This document shows positions 60,732 to 64,000 of a DNA stretch of 64,000 nucleotides, one piece after another. This DNA is from Anaeromyxobacteraceae bacterium. Its GTDB lineage: Bacteria > Myxococcota > Myxococcia > Myxococcales > Anaeromyxobacteraceae. Position numbers and translations under genes: made by a program. Within the stretch, counting starts at the first letter, position 1. Each line of letters opens with the position of its first letter. The stretch covers positions 175,457-239,456 of the forward strand of contig JAULAX010000002.1 in assembly GCA_032654565.1 (NCBI GenBank), in the 5' to 3' direction. The notes under the pieces are model-generated. The model was given only the letters and a program-made list of their open reading frames with translations. It was not told where the DNA came from and did no database searches.

Positions 60732-63493
60732 ATGCGAACCCTCCTCGCCATGTTCCTCCTCGGGCCGACCCTGGCGCTGGCCCAGGCGCCGACGCCCGCG
60801 CCGACGCCGGCGCCGGTCCGGCCCCTGCCCCGCCTCGCGCCTCCGGGGGCCCGGCCGCCACCAGCGGGCCAGCCGCAGGCCAACGCCCAGGCGGCGCCGG
60901 GTGCGACCACCCCGCCGCGGCCGCAGGCGGTGGTCCCCGCCCCCCGCCGGGGGCCGTGGTCGCCCCTCCGCCGCAGCCCGGGATGGCCGCCGCCGCCATG
61001 GCGCCGGCCCGGACCGACGCCAAGTGCACGCCCATCCAGGGTCGCTTCATGCTCTCCTTCTCCAAGGCCGAGATCGTCGACGTCCTGGAGCAGGCCAGCC
61101 GCTGGTCGTGCCGCAACTTCATCTACGGCGAGGACGTGGCCAAGGGGAAGATCACCCTCCTCTCCAAGTCGCCGGTCACCGCCGACGAGGCCTACGCCGC
61201 CTTCCTGGCGGCGCTCACCTCCAACAACATCGCCCTCTACCAGACCGGTCGCTACTGGAAGCTGATCCGCACCGGCGACGCCAAGAAGACGCCCATCCCC
61301 ACCTACACCACCGACGGGGCCGAGACGCCGGCCACCGAGCAGCCCATCACCAAGATCATCCGGCTCCACTTCGCCGACGCCGACCAGATCCGCGGGGTGA
61401 TGGGGAACTTCATCTCGCCCCAGGGCGCCGACCTTCAGGCCATCCCCCCCGACCTGCTGATCATCACCGATCTCGGCGTCAACATCCGGCGCATCGAGAG
61501 GCTGATCGAGGCCATCGACAAGGCCGGTGGCGGCGAGGTGGTGAAGCTGGTCCAGATCCGCTACGCGCCGGTCAAGGACATCGCCGACAAGGTGAACCAG
61601 ATCTTCGGGCAGGCCACCGGCGCTCCCGGCAAGCCGGGGCGGCGCACCGTCCTCTCCTCGCCGGCCGCCCGGCCGGCCCCGGGGATGCCCGGGTCGGGCG
61701 CCGCCACGCCGGCCGTCCAGGCCACGCCAGGCGGCGGCGTCGAGATGCAGGTCACCAAGGTGATCGCCGACGAGCGGACCAACAAGCTCATCGTCATCTC
61801 CGACGAGAAGAGCTTCGAGCGGATCATGGAGCTGGTGCAGCAGCTCGACATCCCCACCGCCGAGGGCGGCGGCATCCACGTCATCTTCCTCAAGAACGCC
61901 AGCGCCGAGGAGCTCTCCACCACGCTGTCCAACCTGTCGCAGGGCAAGTCGGGGAAGACCTCGCCGTCCGCGCCCCCGATCCCGGGCCAGCCCAACCCGG
62001 GCCGCTCGGCCGCGCTCCCCGGCGCCGGCGCCCCCTCCGCCGAGCTCTTCACCGGCGAGGTGAAGATCACCGCCGACAAGTCTCAGAACGCGCTGGTGGT
62101 GCAGGCCAGCGGCGCCGACATCGTCACCGTCCGCCGGCTCATCGAGAAGCTCGACCGCCCCCGCCGCCAGGTCTTCGTCGAGGCGGTGATCATGGAGGTC
62201 AACCTCAGCAACGACTCGGTGTTCGGCGTCGGCATGCACGGCGCCATCCCGGTGACCACCAAGGACGGGACCGGCTTCATCCCCCTGGCCTCCTCGCCGG
62301 GGCGGGTCAGCACCGTCGGCCCGGTGGCCAACGCCATGAGCCTGATCTCGCTGGGTGGCTTCCTCACCGGCTTCGCCGGCCCCACCTCGGCCTCCCTGAA
62401 GGACCTCGGCCTCAACATCCCGAACATGGGGGTGATGATCCAGGCGCTGCAGAAGTCGTCCGACGTCAACGTCCTCTCCACCCCGACCCTGCTGGCGGCC
62501 GACAACGGCGAGGCCGAGATCTCGGTGGGCCAGACCGTGCCCTTCCAGGCGGCGACCACCTCGCCCGGCCTCTCCAACCTGCTCTCCAGCGGCACCGGCA
62601 ACACCAGCGCCCTCAGCTCGATGCTCGGCAGCGGCCTGGGCACCGGCTACAACCCCTTCTCCACGCCCATCCAGCGCCAGCCGGTGGAGCTGCGCGTCAA
62701 GATCAAGCCGCAGATCGGCGAGGGCGACAACGTCAAGCTGATCGTCGACGAGCAGACCGAGGAGATCGTCTCCAACGATCCGCAGCTGGGCCCGACCACC
62801 TCGAAGCGGACCGTCAAGACCGAGATCGTGGCGCGCGACCAGTCCACCATCGTCATCGGCGGCCTGATGCAGGAGCGCACCGTCCGCTCGGTGAAGAAGA
62901 TCCCCTTCCTCGGCAGCATCCCCATCATCGGCTGGCTCTTCCGCGACACCTCGACCACCAAGCAGAAGACCAACCTGCTGCTCTTCCTCACCCCCTACAT
63001 CATCCGCGACGAGGCCGACTACCGGCGCATCTACGAGAAGAAGCGCAAGGAGCAGCAGGACTTCGTGGAGGCCTTCTACGGACGGCAGCCCGGCTATGAC
63101 GTCGCCATCGACTTCACCCGCAAGGCCGGGCCCTACGCGCGGCTGCGGAAGGAGGTGCTCGACGAGACCTCCAAGGTGGAGAACGGCGGCCGGGGCGGCC
63201 CTGGCGATCGGATCGTGACCCCCGCGGATGCGCCCGCCCCCGGCCCGGTGGTGGGCCCCGCCGCGGGCCGGCCCTCGACGCCGCCCGCCGCGCCGATCGA
63301 GCCGGACCCCGCCGCCCCCGACCCGGGCCTGCTGGTGCCGGTCGACCCGCAGCCCGACCTGCCCGACGCGGCCGAGCCGGCGGCGCCGCCGGTCCCGCCC
63401 GGACCCTTCGGCCGGCCGCCCCGGGCCGCGCCGCCGCCGCCGGCCGCGCCGCCGAACGCGGCCCCCTTCCCCGGGGGAGGTCCGACCCCATGA
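60732..63493 (+). CDS. gspD: Type II secretion secretin GspD, split by a frameshift near 60940
   Basis: Signal peptide ORF starts at 60732. The N0-N3 and secretin domains (ADERTNKLIV, LDRPRRQVFVEAVIMEV, KIPFLGSIPIIGWLFR, LFLTPYII) are in another frame. Confidence 0.9.
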
Positions 63494-64000
63494 GCCTCGA
63501 CGGGCCCACCGAGGTCCTGCCGCTGCCCGGCGGCGAGCGGACCGCGCTGGTGACCAACGCCCCCGCCTACCTCTGCGGGCGGCTGCTCGGCGAGATCCTG
63601 GTCGAGGTGGCCGGGCTCTCGCAGGCGAAGCTGGCCGAGGCGCTGGCCGCCCAGCAGGGGGAGCACGCCGGCGAGCGGCTGGGTGGGATCCTGGTCCGGC
63701 TCCGCAGCTGCACCGAGGTCGAGGTGCTGCGGGCCCTGGCCATCCAGCTCGACCTGCCCTTCCTGGAGCGGATCGACCCGGAGCAGATCGACCCGGCGCT
63801 GGTCAAGAAGGTCCCCATCAACTTCGCCAAGCAGGCCCGGCTCCTGCCGCTCCGGTCAGGAGGCGAGGTGGCCCGGGTGGCGGTGGTCGACCCGCTCGAC
63901 ACCGCGGCCCAGGACTCGGTGGCGGCGCTGCTGGGCCAGCCGGTCTCCATCGAGGTGACCCCGGCGCAGGTGGTGCTCGACGCCATCAACGCCGCCTACG
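63490..64000 (+). CDS. gspE: Type II secretion ATPase GspE, N-terminal part (MshEN domain); truncated by window end
   Basis: ATGA-coupled to gspD; RLLGEILVE...LAEALAAQ...RLGGILV...VLRALAIQLDLPF...KVPINFAKQ..LLP...DPLD. Confidence 0.85.
   Translation, partial: MSLDGPTEVLPLPGGERTALVTNAPAYLCGRLLGEILVEVAGLSQAKLAEALAAQQGEHAGERLGGILVRLRSCTEVEVLRALAIQLDLPFLERIDPEQIDPALVKKVPINFAKQARLLPLRSGGEVARVAVVDPLDTAAQDSVAALLGQPVSIEVTPAQVVLDAINAAY

Noticed and set aside
59696..60940. 1265-aa ORF as a GspD with a huge N-terminal extension
   Set aside because: The first ~410 codons overlap gspC out of frame and are nonsense-like; the true start is at 60732 with a frameshift.

Overview
Very GC-rich bacterial chromosome segment whose gene content and style point to Myxococcota, most likely an Anaeromyxobacter-like organism (inference). 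From left to right it holds: a partial probable RNase HI gene, a C4 zinc-ribbon gene and tRNA-Ile2(CAT); the rpsU-yqeY-dnaG-rpoD operon; hisD-B-H-A-F-I-E; and a ~19 kb starch/maltodextrin locus (lipoprotein pullulanase, ROK repressor, lipoprotein GH13 amylase, two DOMON/glucodextranase-like proteins, an unassigned outer-membrane beta-barrel, two CBM-like lipoproteins, malKEFG). Next come an MbfA-like VIT1 exporter, a hemerythrin, plsC and ggt, then an 11-gene minimal type III secretion cluster in flagellar gene order with candidate needle and inner-rod genes but no ATPase or secretin. The right part holds ihf/HU, yihY, rne/rng, a radical SAM fusion, ligA, an orphan pilin, rho, rpmE, a Flp-like pilin, an NtrC-family activator and the start of a sigma54-driven T2SS operon (gspC, frameshifted gspD, gspE). 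No CRISPR array, rRNA or mobile element was seen. The best candidates for poorly described systems are the Sus-like, TonB/LamB-independent outer-membrane starch-capture module and the minimal T3SS. All assignments come from reading motifs by eye; no searches were run.
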